64,000 bases of DNA from Alphaproteobacteria bacterium (GTDB lineage Bacteria; Pseudomonadota; Alphaproteobacteria; SHVV01). Position numbers and translations under genes: made by a program. The stretch lies in contig OZ253470.1 in assembly GCA_965261735.1 (NCBI GenBank), positions 1,504,001 through 1,568,000 on the forward strand. Reading direction: 5' to 3'. Under the pieces are notes generated by a model. It was not told the origin of the DNA. It ran no database searches and saw nothing but the letters and a program-made list of their open reading frames with translations. Of this stretch, positions 18,356-28,518 are shown piece after piece (the stretch's first letter is position 1; the number at the start of each line of letters is the position of its first letter).

Positions 18356-19765
18356 TCACGACGCCGGCAGCTCGAGCCGAAACGTGGTCCGCGAGGGTTC
18401 CGTCTCGAGCAGACGAATGTCGCCGTCGTGGGCCTTCATGAGGTCGCGCGCGATGGCCAGACCGAGACCCGTGCCGCCCGCGCGCGAAGAGCCGCTAAAG
18501 GCGACGAACAGCTTGTCGCGGACCTCTGGCGTCAGGCCGGGGCCGGTGTCGCTGAAGTCGATCTGCGCCACCGAATCGACGTGTATCGCGCGGACGCAGA
18601 TTTCGCCGCGGTTGAGGTGCGCCATGGCCTCGATCGCGTTGCGCCCGAGATTGAGCAGGACGCGATAGATCTGATCGCGGTCGGCGTTGACCTCGAAGTC
18701 GGCGCCGACCTCGTTGTGCCAAACGATGCTGGCCGGCATGCCGTGGCTCAGCGCCCCGGCGACGTCGTCGACCAGCTCGCGCAGGCCGAATCGCGCACGC
18801 ACCGGGTCGGGCTCCTCGGCGCGTCCGTAACGCAGCGTGTTGGTGCACAGATCGACCGCGCGGTCGATAGCCCGCACCAGGGTCGGCGTCACCCGCCGCA
18901 CATTGGGGTCGTCGCTGTTGGCGAGACGGTCGGACACGAGGCGCGCCGTTGCCAGGATGTTGCGCAGGTCGTGATTGATCTTGCTGACCGCGATGCCGAG
19001 GGCGGCGAGGCGCGCGTTCTGCTTGAGCGAGGCCCGCACCTGAGCCTGCAACTCGGCGAGCTCGCGCTGAGTCGTTCCGATCTCGTCACCGCGCGACGAC
19101 GGCTGCACGCTGCCGGTCTCATCCTCCGGCGCCGCGCGAAAGTCGACCATGTTCTGGGTGATGCGCCGCATCGGCCGCACCATCAGCCCTTGCAGAGCCA
19201 GATACACCAACCAAGCCGTAATCAGCGAGATGACGATGGAGAGCTGGAGGATGCGCCCCGCATAGTCGTACATGCCGGCGCGCAGCGGGTCCTCGTCGAG
19301 GATCACGTCGACGACCACACCGGGCTCGTTGGGCGCCGGGGCGGCGACGTGGATCACGCGGTTGGAGGCCTGCCGCAGCGTATCGAAGGCGTCGCGAATG
19401 AGCGAGGCCGGCGTCGCCTCCCTGAGATCGAAGGCCGCCGCGACCTTGGGCGGCATGTCGTAGCCGAGCGCGAGCGTGCGCGATTCGGGCCGCATCAAGA
19501 CCACGGCGCGCACACCCGCGTGGCGCAGCAGCTCGCGCTCGAGCCCGGGCGCAATCATGTAATCGGGGCTCGCCTCGAGCGCCAGGGTAGCGAGGTGCGA
19601 GGCGGCGATCCTCTCCTCGAGATAGACGAGCCGGTAGCGCGCGATCGAGGGGACGAAGATCAGCACCTCGCTGAGCATGACGAAGGCGATCGTCAGCACC
19701 AGGAGCCGTGCCGAAAGGCCCATCCGCAGCGGCAACAGCGTGCCCTTGGTCCGCGCCATGGCCAA
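18356..19765 (-). CDS. HAMP-domain sensor histidine kinase
   Basis: Two TM segments, KINHDLRNIL H-box, NLGRNA, DTGPG, GGTGLGLAI. Confidence 0.93.
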   Translation of the reverse strand: MAMARTKGTLLPLRMGLSARLLVLTIAFVMLSEVLIFVPSIARYRLVYLEERIAASHLATLALEASPDYMIAPGLERELLRHAGVRAVVLMRPESRTLALGYDMPPKVAAAFDLREATPASLIRDAFDTLRQASNRVIHVAAPAPNEPGVVVDVILDEDPLRAGMYDYAGRILQLSIVISLITAWLVYLALQGLMVRPMRRITQNMVDFRAAPEDETGSVQPSSRGDEIGTTQRELAELQAQVRASLKQNARLAALGIAVSKINHDLRNILATARLVSDRLANSDDPNVRRVTPTLVRAIDRAVDLCTNTLRYGRAEEPDPVRARFGLRELVDDVAGALSHGMPASIVWHNEVGADFEVNADRDQIYRVLLNLGRNAIEAMAHLNRGEICVRAIHVDSVAQIDFSDTGPGLTPEVRDKLFVAFSGSSRAGGTGLGLAIARDLMKAHDGDIRLLETEPSRTTFRLELPAS

Positions 19766-19849
19766 TAATTAGTTCAATTTCACGCCCGCACCAAACTCGC
19801 AAGAGACATGGTGCGCGCGTGGCGCGGGACAATAGGGCGCGGGCACGTC

Positions 19850-21241
19850 TCAGCCCAGGTGCCGCAGCGCGCGCACGACGCGGCGGGTCCGCTCGCTGAA
19901 CAGGGCGGGCGCGAAAAAGCTCGCGGCGACACGCTTGGTTGCCTCGCTGTAGGTCGGGTAGGGGACCGTGACCGCGGCCAGGGCGCCGACGCGCAGCTTT
20001 CGGTCGACGGCCAGCACCCAGGGCAGGATCAGCTCGCCCGCGTGGGGGCCGACGATCGAGGCGCCGAGGATGCGGCCGCGCGCTGTGGTGATCGCCTTGA
20101 CCAGGCCCGTGGCATCGCGCTCGCAGACCGCGCGGTCATTGTCGGCAAAGGGCCACCGCAGCACCCGGATGCGACCGTGCCGGGCCCGCGCCTCGGCCTC
20201 GAAGAGCCCGACATGGGCGAGCTCGGGATCGGTATAGGTGACCCACGGCATCGCCCGCCCGGTGGCCTTCGCCGGTAGATGGAAGAGCGCGTTGCGGATG
20301 ACGATCGCGGCGTGGTGCGCGGCCCGATGGGTGAGCTGGGGGCCGCCGACGGCGTCGCCGATCGCATAGACGCGCCGGTTCGTGGTGCGCAGGCCGGCAT
20401 CGACGGTGATCCCGCCCGGGCCATGGGCGACGCCAGCGCGCGCGAGGTCGAGGGCCGCGATGCTGGGCTGGCGGCCGGCGGCGACGAGGAGATGGCTCGC
20501 GTCGAGGCGCGTCGTCCCTTGCGGGCCCTCGACGGTCACGGCGATGGTGCCGTCGCTGCCCTCGACGCTGGCCACCCTCGTGCCCTCGAGAATGTCGACT
20601 CCGTCGCGGCGCAGCCGGGTGGCGAGGATGTCGACGAGCTCGGGGTCATCCCGGCTCAGCACGCTCGCTTGCTCGACCACGCTGACCCGAGCCCCGAGGT
20701 GGCGGAAGGCCTGCCCCAGTTCCATGCCGATGGGGCCGCCGCCGATGATGACCAGGTGATCGGGCAGCGCGCCGACGTCGAAGATGGTCTCGTTGGTGAG
20801 GTAGGGAACGGTATCGAGGCCCGGGATCGGCGGTATGGCCGGCACCGATCCGGTCGCGATCACGAACCGCCGGGCGCTGATCGCGACGTCGCCGGCGGCG
20901 ATCTCGGCGGGGCCGGTGAAGCGGGCCGTGTCGTTGATGACGCGCACGCCGAGAGCCTCGAAGCGGGCAACGGAATCGTGCGGTGCGATGGCGGCGATGG
21001 CCGCGTGGACACGATCGCGCACGCCTTCGAAGGCCGCGGCGCGGTCGCCGGCGCGCGACGCACGCCCCGCCGCCAGCAACGACTTCGACGGCACGCAGCC
21101 ATAGTTGAGGCAATCGCCGCCCATGCGCCCGTTCTCGATAAGCGCCGTGGACGCGCCGAGCTGGCTCGCGCCGGCGGCCACGCTCAGGCCGGCCGCGCCG
21201 GCTCCTATGACGCACATATCGACGGTAATCTTCTCGACCAT
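19850..21241 (-). CDS. Dihydrolipoamide dehydrogenase/mercuric reductase-like flavoprotein
   Basis: GAGAAG, GGDCLNYGCVPSK, GGGPIG, YPTYSE. Confidence 0.9.
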   Translation of the reverse strand: MVEKITVDMCVIGAGAAGLSVAAGASQLGASTALIENGRMGGDCLNYGCVPSKSLLAAGRASRAGDRAAAFEGVRDRVHAAIAAIAPHDSVARFEALGVRVINDTARFTGPAEIAAGDVAISARRFVIATGSVPAIPPIPGLDTVPYLTNETIFDVGALPDHLVIIGGGPIGMELGQAFRHLGARVSVVEQASVLSRDDPELVDILATRLRRDGVDILEGTRVASVEGSDGTIAVTVEGPQGTTRLDASHLLVAAGRQPSIAALDLARAGVAHGPGGITVDAGLRTTNRRVYAIGDAVGGPQLTHRAAHHAAIVIRNALFHLPAKATGRAMPWVTYTDPELAHVGLFEAEARARHGRIRVLRWPFADNDRAVCERDATGLVKAITTARGRILGASIVGPHAGELILPWVLAVDRKLRVGALAAVTVPYPTYSEATKRVAASFFAPALFSERTRRVVRALRHLG

Positions 21242-21420
21242 GTTGCCCGCTCCCGCGACCGACCCCGCTACCGCATATTCTACCGGCGTCACGCCCGCAC
21301 GCCGACCGTGTCTTGATTTGACTTCACTCGCGCCTGTCCTTATACAGCGCTTCGTCCAACGCACTTCTTCCACAGCGCCTCGCTCGCCGTGTCCGGCGAT
21401 GCGGCGGCGGAACTTGAGCC

Positions 21421-21555
21421 GTGAAACGCACCTTTCAGCCCAGCGTCATCGTCCGCAAGCGGCGACACGGATTTCGCGCCCGCATGGCTACGGCCGCCGG
21501 GCGCAGGGTCTTGGCCCGGCGCCGCGCCAAGGGACGCAAGCGCCTCACGGCCTAG
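21421..21555 (+). CDS. rpmH: 50S ribosomal protein L34
   Basis: GTG start: [44 protein letters not shown] (below ORF-track size). Confidence 0.97.
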   Translation: MKRTFQPSVIVRKRRHGFRARMATAAGRRVLARRRAKGRKRLTA

Positions 21556-21562
21556 GGCCTCG

Positions 21563-21961
21563 ATGTCCGCGAGGGTCGGGCGTCTCAAGCGTCGGGCGGA
21601 CTTCGTGCGGGTCGCCAGGGCGCGCCGGCGATGGGCGCGCCCGGGTCTTGTCCTGCAGGCGGCGCCGGGGGATACTGAGGGCACCGCCGGGGTGCGCTCG
21701 CAGGGCCTGCGGGTTGGTTTTACCGCCACCAAGAAGATCGGCAATGCGGTCCGGCGCAACCGCGCCAAACGTCGCCTCCGCGCCGCCGCCCAGAAAGTCA
21801 TGCCCGAACGCGCCATGCCCGGTTTTGACTACGTCCTGATCGCCCGTGCGGCAACGCCCGAACGCGCCTTCGCCAGCCTGGTGAGCGACCTCGAGGCGGC
21901 GCTGAGGGGGCTTGGCGTCCACCGCGCGGGCACCGCGCCAGCGCGAGCGGCGAAGCCGTGA
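21563..21961 (+). CDS. rnpA: RNase P protein component
   Basis: [24 protein letters not shown]; synteny. Confidence 0.96.
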   Translation: MSARVGRLKRRADFVRVARARRRWARPGLVLQAAPGDTEGTAGVRSQGLRVGFTATKKIGNAVRRNRAKRRLRAAAQKVMPERAMPGFDYVLIARAATPERAFASLVSDLEAALRGLGVHRAGTAPARAAKP

Positions 21962-22224
21962 CGGGCGGTTCGATCGGCCCCGGGGCGGTCGTACTGCGCC
22001 TACTGGTGCGGGGCTACCAGCTCTTCGTCTCGCCCGTTCTCGGGCCGCGCTGCCGCTATCATCCGACCTGCTCGGCGTACGCGATGGAGGCATTGGCCGT
22101 GCACGGCGCGGCACGCGGCGGGTGGCTCGCCATCCGACGCATCCTGCGCTGCCACCCGTGGGGCGGCTTCGGCCACGATCCGGTACCGGAGCGCGGGCGC
22201 GGCCGCGGCCGCGCGGCTCACTGA
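21958..22224 (+). CDS. yidD: Membrane protein insertion efficiency factor
   Basis: [10 protein letters not shown]...RILRCHPWG. Confidence 0.95.
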   Translation: MTGGSIGPGAVVLRLLVRGYQLFVSPVLGPRCRYHPTCSAYAMEALAVHGAARGGWLAIRRILRCHPWGGFGHDPVPERGRGRGRAAH

Positions 22225-22238
22225 CGGGCGCACACGTC

Positions 22239-24056
22239 ATGTCGGGCCAGGGCAACCTCATCATCGCGGTGATCGTCTCGCTGTCCATCCTGATCGGCTT
22301 CCAGTACTTCTATGAGATCCCGCGGATGCGCGAGGCGCGGGAGCGCCAAGCGGCGATCGAGCAGTCGCAATCGGTGGGGCCGTCGCTCGAGCCGGCCGGG
22401 CGCGCGCCGCTCGCGGGTGCCCCGAGTGTGCCGGGTGCGGTAGCTACGCCGCCGGCCCCGAGCACCGCGCCGACGGCGAGCGGGGCCGCGGTACCCGCAC
22501 CGGCGCCGACGCCGGAGGCGCGTGGGCGCCAGCTCGCCGAGGCGCCGCGGGTGCGCATCGTCACGCCGCGCCTGCACGGATCGATCTCGCTCAAGGGCGC
22601 GCGCCTCGACGACCTTACGCTGGCCACCTATTACGAGACGATCGAGCCGGGCAGCCCCGAAATCGTGCTGCTCTCGCCGGTCGGTGCCCCGGGCGCCTAC
22701 TACGCCGAGTTCGGCTGGCAGGCGGACGAGGCCGCCGGCATCAAGCGCCCCGGCCCCGACACCGTGTGGCAGACCGATGGCAACGAACTTACGGCGGCCC
22801 GACCCCTGAGGCTGCGCTGGGACAATGGCGACGGGCTTCGATTCATCCGCACGATCTCGGTCGACGAAAATTACATGTTCTCGATCCGCCAGAGGGTCGA
22901 GAACTACGGTAACCGGCAGGTCGAGCTCTATCCCTACGGGCTCGTCTCGCGCTCGGGAACCCCCAGGGTGAGCCGCTTCTTCATCCTCCATGAGGGGCCG
23001 ATCGGCGTGTTCAACGAAACCCTGAACGAAGTCGGCTACGACGACGTGCGGGACGAGCAACGGATCGGGTACGAAACCGTGGGCGGCTGGATCGGCATCA
23101 CCGACAAGTTCTGGCTGACCGCGCTGGTGCCGGATCAGAGCCAACGCGTACGGGCGAGCTTTAGCCACCGCCTGGGCGCCGGTGCGATTGACCGCTACCA
23201 GTTCGACTACATCCGCGATGTCGAGGTAGTACCCGCGGGGGCCGCCGTCGAGGTCGTCGATTACCTGTTCGCCGGCGCCAAGGAGGTCAAGCTGCTCGAT
23301 GGCTACAAGGACTCGCTGGGCGTCGCCAGCTTCGACAAGGCGATCGACTTCGGTTGGTTCTACTTCCTGACCAAACCGCTGTTCTACCTCATCGCCTACT
23401 TTAACAAGGTGCTTGGTAATTTCGGGCTCGCGATCCTGCTGCTCACCGTCATCGTCAAGATCATCTTCTTCCCCCTCGCCAACAAGTCGTACCGCGCGAT
23501 GAGCGCGATGAAAAAGCTGCAGCCGGAGATGACCAAGCTGCGCGAGCGCTTTGGCGAGGACCGTGCGCGCCTCAACAAGGAGGTCATGGAGCTCTACAAG
23601 CGCGAGAAGGCCAATCCGGTGTCGGGCTGCCTGCCGATCGCCATTCAGATCCCGGTGTTCTTCGCGTTGTACAAGGTGATGTTCGTGACCATCGAGATGC
23701 GGCATGCGCCCTTCTTCGGCTGGATTCACGACCTCTCGGCGCCCGATCCTCTCGGTATCATGACCGTCTTCGGGCTGTTCCCGTGGGACCCCCCGGGAAT
23801 GCTGGCGTACGGCAACATCGGCATCTGGCCGATCATCATGGGGGCCAGCATGTGGCTGCAGATGCGCCTCAATCCGCGCCCGCCCGACCCGGTTCAGGCC
23901 AAGATGTTCATGGTCCTGCCGTTCGTGTTCACCTTCATGCTCGGCACCTTCCCGGCCGGCCTCGTGATCTACTGGACCTGGAACAACATGCTGTCGATCG
24001 CCCAGCAGTGGGTCATTATGAAGCGGGCGGGAATCGTCAATCCGGCCGGAAGCTAG
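22239..24056 (+). CDS. yidC: Membrane protein insertase YidC
   Basis: IDFGWF, GCLPIAIQIPVFFALY, GLVIYWTWNN. Confidence 0.96.
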   Translation: MSGQGNLIIAVIVSLSILIGFQYFYEIPRMREARERQAAIEQSQSVGPSLEPAGRAPLAGAPSVPGAVATPPAPSTAPTASGAAVPAPAPTPEARGRQLAEAPRVRIVTPRLHGSISLKGARLDDLTLATYYETIEPGSPEIVLLSPVGAPGAYYAEFGWQADEAAGIKRPGPDTVWQTDGNELTAARPLRLRWDNGDGLRFIRTISVDENYMFSIRQRVENYGNRQVELYPYGLVSRSGTPRVSRFFILHEGPIGVFNETLNEVGYDDVRDEQRIGYETVGGWIGITDKFWLTALVPDQSQRVRASFSHRLGAGAIDRYQFDYIRDVEVVPAGAAVEVVDYLFAGAKEVKLLDGYKDSLGVASFDKAIDFGWFYFLTKPLFYLIAYFNKVLGNFGLAILLLTVIVKIIFFPLANKSYRAMSAMKKLQPEMTKLRERFGEDRARLNKEVMELYKREKANPVSGCLPIAIQIPVFFALYKVMFVTIEMRHAPFFGWIHDLSAPDPLGIMTVFGLFPWDPPGMLAYGNIGIWPIIMGASMWLQMRLNPRPPDPVQAKMFMVLPFVFTFMLGTFPAGLVIYWTWNNMLSIAQQWVIMKRAGIVNPAGS

Positions 24057-24066
24057 GCGGGCCGCC

Positions 24067-24708
24067 GTGGCCGAGGCCGCGCCCGAGGGCGCGCTGGCCG
24101 AGGGACGCAGGCTGTTCGCGATGCCGTGCACCTTCGCCGCCGCGGCCGCCCGCGCCACCGGGCTGCCGCCCGCGCGCCTCCCCGAGGTCGCCTTCGCCGG
24201 CCGCTCCAACGTCGGCAAGTCCTCGCTGCTTAACGCGCTCACGAACCGCACGAACCTGGCCCGCACCTCGAAGACGCCGGGCCGCACGCGCGAGGTCAAT
24301 TTCTTCGTCATCGCCGAGCGCCTGTGCCTGGTCGATCTCCCGGGCTACGGGTTCGCGCGGGCGCCCAAGGGCGACATCGAGCGCTGGCGCCGCCTGGTCG
24401 TCGCCTACCTCAAGGGACGCGCGAGCCTGCGCAGGACGTGCCTGCTGATCGACGCGCGCCGCGGCTCCGGTGACGGCGACCGCGAGGTCATGGCCATGCT
24501 GGACGGCGCCGCGGCTGCCTATCAGGTAGTGCTGACCAAGGCCGACAAGGTCAAGCCAGGCGAACTCGCGGCTCGTATCGACGCGCTCGCGGGCGAGCTT
24601 GCCGGGCACCCCGCCGCACACCCCGACATCCTCACCACCAGCGCCGCCACCGGCGCCGGCCTCGATACCCTGCGGGCTGAGTTCGCGCGATTGGCCGCGG
24701 CCGGGTGA
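24067..24708 (+). CDS. engB: Ribosome biogenesis GTPase YihA/EngB
   Basis: GRSNVGKSS, DLPGYG, TKAD. Confidence 0.95.
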   Translation: MAEAAPEGALAEGRRLFAMPCTFAAAAARATGLPPARLPEVAFAGRSNVGKSSLLNALTNRTNLARTSKTPGRTREVNFFVIAERLCLVDLPGYGFARAPKGDIERWRRLVVAYLKGRASLRRTCLLIDARRGSGDGDREVMAMLDGAAAAYQVVLTKADKVKPGELAARIDALAGELAGHPAAHPDILTTSAATGAGLDTLRAEFARLAAAG

Positions 24709-24726
24709 AGGGTCTATAACGCGCCG

Positions 24727-25644
24727 ATGCGCCCGCCCCGCCCCTCGCCGGCCCTGGCCGCTGACCGGCTCCATACCGCGCGCACGCTCGCCGAGGCGCT
24801 GCCCTACATGCGTCGCTTCGCCGGCCAGACCTTCGTCGTCAAGATCGGCGGCTATGCCATGGGCGATGCGTCGCTGCGCGATCTCTTCGCCCAGGACGTG
24901 GTGCTGTTGAAGCAGGTCGGCATCCATCCCATCGTCGTGCACGGCGGCGGGCCCCAGATCAGCGCCATGCTCGATCGACTCAAGATCAAGAGCTCCTTCA
25001 TCTCGGGCCTCAGGGTGAGCGATCGGGAGACGGTCGAAATCGTCGAAATGGTGTTGTCGGGGTCGATCAACAAGCAGGTCGTCACCGCCATCAACCGCGC
25101 GGGCGGCGTCGCCGTGGGACTGTCGGGCAAGGACGGCAACCTCATCGAGGCGCGCAAGCTGCGGCGCACCGCGCGCGATCCCAACTCCAACATCGAACGC
25201 GTTCTCGACCTCGGCTTCGTCGGCGAGCCGGTGCGCTTCAACCGGCAGCTCCTCGATTCGCTCGCGACCTCCGAGATCATTCCGGTAATCGCCCCCATCG
25301 GCATCAGCGCGGACGGCGATACCTACAACATCAACGCCGATACGGTGGCCGGGTGCGCCGCGGCCGCCCTTCGCGCCAGCAAGCTGGTGATGCTGACCGA
25401 CGTGGCCGGCGTGCTCGACAAGAAGGGGAAGCTGATAGCGACGCTGACGCCGGCCTCGGTGGGTGCGCGGCTCAAGGGCCGCACGATCACGGGCGGCATG
25501 ATCCCCAAGCTCGAGACCTGTCTCGCGGCGCTCAAGGGCGGCACCGCGGCCGCCCATATCCTCGACGGCCGGCTCCCCCACGCGCTGCTGCTCGAAGTCT
25601 TCACCGAGGGCGGCGTCGGCACCATGATCGCGGCGCGCGCCTAG
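24727..25644 (+). CDS. argB: Acetylglutamate kinase
   Basis: [27 protein letters not shown]. Confidence 0.96.
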   Translation: MRPPRPSPALAADRLHTARTLAEALPYMRRFAGQTFVVKIGGYAMGDASLRDLFAQDVVLLKQVGIHPIVVHGGGPQISAMLDRLKIKSSFISGLRVSDRETVEIVEMVLSGSINKQVVTAINRAGGVAVGLSGKDGNLIEARKLRRTARDPNSNIERVLDLGFVGEPVRFNRQLLDSLATSEIIPVIAPIGISADGDTYNINADTVAGCAAAALRASKLVMLTDVAGVLDKKGKLIATLTPASVGARLKGRTITGGMIPKLETCLAALKGGTAAAHILDGRLPHALLLEVFTEGGVGTMIAARA

Positions 25645-25912
25645 GCCATGTAGTCATGACCCTGCGCCCGTTTGGCATTAACGCGAGAATGTCCGGGTTC
25701 CCTTCTAGATCGGACGTTCTGGCGGACCTCCATCTACGTCGCAGATTGGCCAAAAAGGGGACGTTCCCGTGCCACGTTGGCGACACTACCGGATGCAGCT
25801 CGGTCTCAATGGTTCGCAATGGCATCGTGGAGCGCATATCGATTCCAGGCAACGCATTCGGAAGGAGTGCCCGCCCCGCCCCAATCCGCCAGCTCTTTCT
25901 CGGCGGCGGTGG

Positions 25913-26008
25913 ACCTATTCCATATAGAGGCGGAAGCTATCGCCGCCGTCGCCGGCTTCCATCTCCAGCTCGCCGAGGCTGTGGATCAGAGTTTCGATCT
26001 GGTCGGCC
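25913..26008 (-). pseudogene. 3' remnant of an unidentified gene cut by IS1595
   Basis: Frame ADQIETLIHSLGELEMEAGDGGDSFRLYME* with host-like codons, starting at the IS end. Confidence 0.4.
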
Positions 26009-27114
26009 CTTGCCTATCCGGTTTACACCCACACCCACTAGGGCTAGAATGGGCGCAACCCGGATATAGGGGAGCGCGCCATGGATGTTCTCGACCGCGC
26101 CGATCTCCCATTCCCGCATTCGCTACCCGAGTTCCAGCGACTTTTCCCCGATGATGCGGCCTGCGCCGCCTACCTGGAGAAAGCCCGCTGGGGAGACGGC
26201 TTTGCCTGCCCGCACTGCGGCACGGCGGGAGAGCCGTTCCACTTTGAAAACCGCCCTGGCGTCCTGCGCTACCGCAAGTGCCGCCAGAACATCGGGCTGA
26301 CGGTGGGAACAGTGATGGAGCGTAGCCACACTCCGCTGAACGTCTGGTTCTGGGCCGCTTATCTGGTCGCCAGTCAGACGCCCGACATGTCCGCCGTGCA
26401 GTTTCAGCGGCAACTTGGTCTTTCGCGCTACGAGACGGCCTTTCAAATTCTCCACAAGCTCCGCTCGGGCATGGTGCGGCCCAACCAAGACAGGATCGGT
26501 GGACAGCCCAAGAACCATGTTGAGGTGGACGAAACCTGGGTTGGCGGGCGAACGCGTGGGGAAGGCCGTGGTGTTCACCACAAGGTTCCCGTCTCCTGTG
26601 CCATCGAGGTGCGTCATCGAAAGCCGGGCACCAAGCTCGACAACCGGAAAGACGGACGCTATGCCGGACGCGTTCGGCTCGCCGTCGTGCTCGACCGTAG
26701 CGCCGAGTCGCTCTGTGGGTTCGTCGAGAGCACCGTCGCGCCGCGATCGCTGATCGTTACTGACGATTGGAGCGGCTATGCTGGCCTCGGGAAGCGCGGC
26801 TATGAGCACTTCGCTGTTGCCGAGTGTGGTGATCCAGAGGTTGCCGAGCAATACCTGCCGATCATCCATCTGGTTTTCGCCAACCTGAAGACGTGGCTGA
26901 TCGGTATCTCACCACGGCGTTAGCCACCAGCACCTACAAGCCTACCTCAACGAGTTCACCTTCCGCTTCAACAGGCGGTTCTACCCGTTCAACGCCTTCC
27001 GCTCATTGCTCGGCATCGCGGGCGACACCTCTGCTCCAACCTATGCCGAGCTTTACTCGGGAGAGTGGCGGCACCCTACATGTAGCGGTCATGGGCGTTA
27101 ACCGGATAGGCAAG
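26009..27114 (+). mobile_element. IS1595 family element, copy 1 (frameshifted transposase, no target duplication)
   Basis: TIRs CTTGCCTATCCGGTT/AACCGGATAGGCAAG; extra T at ~26909 relative to copy 2. Confidence 0.93.
26081..27101 (+). pseudogene. IS1595 transposase, frameshifted
   Basis: CPHC Zn ribbon (second pair mutated to YRKC), VEVDET, VTDDW; frame breaks at ...WLIGI. Confidence 0.9.
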
Positions 27115-27202
27115 GATTATTCAAAACCCAAAGCTTCCGGCCACGCAATGGTTTGTCGATGCGATCGTAGGCGAGCAAGTAGGAAGGGGCGGACGTCACA
27201 AC

Positions 27203-27523
27203 ATGAACGCAGACAGCGTTCGAAGCGTCATCATCAAATCAGCCAGACACGGGCGGACCATTACTTACAAGCAAATCGCCGACGAGCTGGGTGTTCCGTA
27301 GGAGCAAGCTCATTGGCGCCTCCCGACATTGCTGGGTGATGCGTGCGAGATTGAGCATTCCGCCGGCCGTCCCCTGCTGTCCGCCATCGTGGTTTCCCAG
27401 GAAGGCAAGGTAGGCGATGGGTTTTTCGGCATGGCCGAGTCTTTTGGGGAAAGTGTTTTTGGAAAAAGAAGCGTTTCACCGGGAGGAACAAGGACGGGTC
27501 TTCGACTATTGGAGAGGCAAATA
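27203..27523 (+). pseudogene. Small HTH-like hypothetical protein, pseudogene
   Basis: MNADSVR...TITYKQIADELGVP-TAG(27299)-EQAHW...GRPLLSAIVV...GDGFF, then a frameshift to EKEAFHREEQGRVFDYW. Confidence 0.6.
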
Positions 27524-27666
27524 GGCGCTCGGATTTCCGCACCGCGCGGTCACCCCACCTATCCCTCCCCTCGGGCGGCAGGGAGTGGGTCACCAGAGTT
27601 CTGCATTGATTCCCACCCGCTTTGCCGGGAGCTCGAGGGTGAGGGCAAAGCGCTTACTCCGGAGCC

Positions 27667-28518
27667 CTAATCCGCCTCGCCCGCGCCGCCGATGAGGAGG
27701 ACCGGCGCGTCGATGTCGTCAACCACCTTCTCGGCCGACTCCTCGCCCCAGCAGGCGCACTCGCGGGACAGGACGCAGACGCGGGGGAACTCCTCGTTGA
27801 CCGCGGCGGCGAGGCCGTGGGCCGGTGCGACACGGCGCACCCGAGCCGCGACCCCGTGGCGCTTGAGCCATGCCTCGACCTCGGGGACAAGGTCGCGCTT
27901 GCCGTTGGCCGCTACGTCGGGCACCAGCACCACCATCCCTTCGCCGCCGGTAAGGCGGGCGGCGGTCGCCAGCGCGCGGGATGCCATTGGGGACTCGTCG
28001 TAGACCGCGAGGGTCGGCCCGTCGGAGACGATGCGGCCGGGCACCAGCACCGCGCGCGGCGCGCCGGCGGCAACCGCGAGCGCATTCGCGCCCATGCGGG
28101 CATGGCTGTGCAGCGGGCCGCCGGTGCGGCCGACGATCATGAGGTCGACCTCGGGCGCGACGGCGAGGATCTCGACCGCAACGTTGCCGCGGGCGACGCG
28201 GAACGACCAGCGCAACCCGCGCCGCGCGGCCGCCGCTTCCAGTGCGCGCCGGGCGGTCGCCGCTTGCACCTTGAGGCCGCGCCGGATAGCCCCCATGCTG
28301 GGCGGCGCGCCGAGCGTCCGGGCGAAACGTACCTCGCGCGCCGATGACAGCCGCGCCAGGCGCAGCAGGTTCACGTCCTCGACGAAGAGACCCAATAACT
28401 CCGCTTCCATGCGGGCTGCGAGATCGACCGCTGCCTCGAGCGCTGCACGATTCTCGCTGCTGGCGTCGAGCGCCACCAGGATGCGGCGAAACGTGATCTC
28501 GCCCGGCCGCTCGTTCAT
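27667..28518 (-). CDS. Universal stress protein
   Basis: RRILVALDAS, DLMIVGR, tandem Usp architecture. Confidence 0.88.
   Translation of the reverse strand: MNERPGEITFRRILVALDASSENRAALEAAVDLAARMEAELLGLFVEDVNLLRLARLSSAREVRFARTLGAPPSMGAIRRGLKVQAATARRALEAAAARRGLRWSFRVARGNVAVEILAVAPEVDLMIVGRTGGPLHSHARMGANALAVAAGAPRAVLVPGRIVSDGPTLAVYDESPMASRALATAARLTGGEGMVVLVPDVAANGKRDLVPEVEAWLKRHGVAARVRRVAPAHGLAAAVNEEFPRVCVLSRECACWGEESAEKVVDDIDAPVLLIGGAGEAD

Noticed and set aside
22218-25581. Long minus-strand ORFs (697 aa, 514 aa) and similar shadows elsewhere (e.g. 36552..38648, 47806..49398)
   Set aside because: Antisense shadows of well-supported genes, expected in high-GC DNA
27299-27301. In-frame TAG as pyrrolysine or readthrough
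   Set aside because: The same gene also has a frameshift and no pyl genes are visible; likely a TGG-to-TAG mutation
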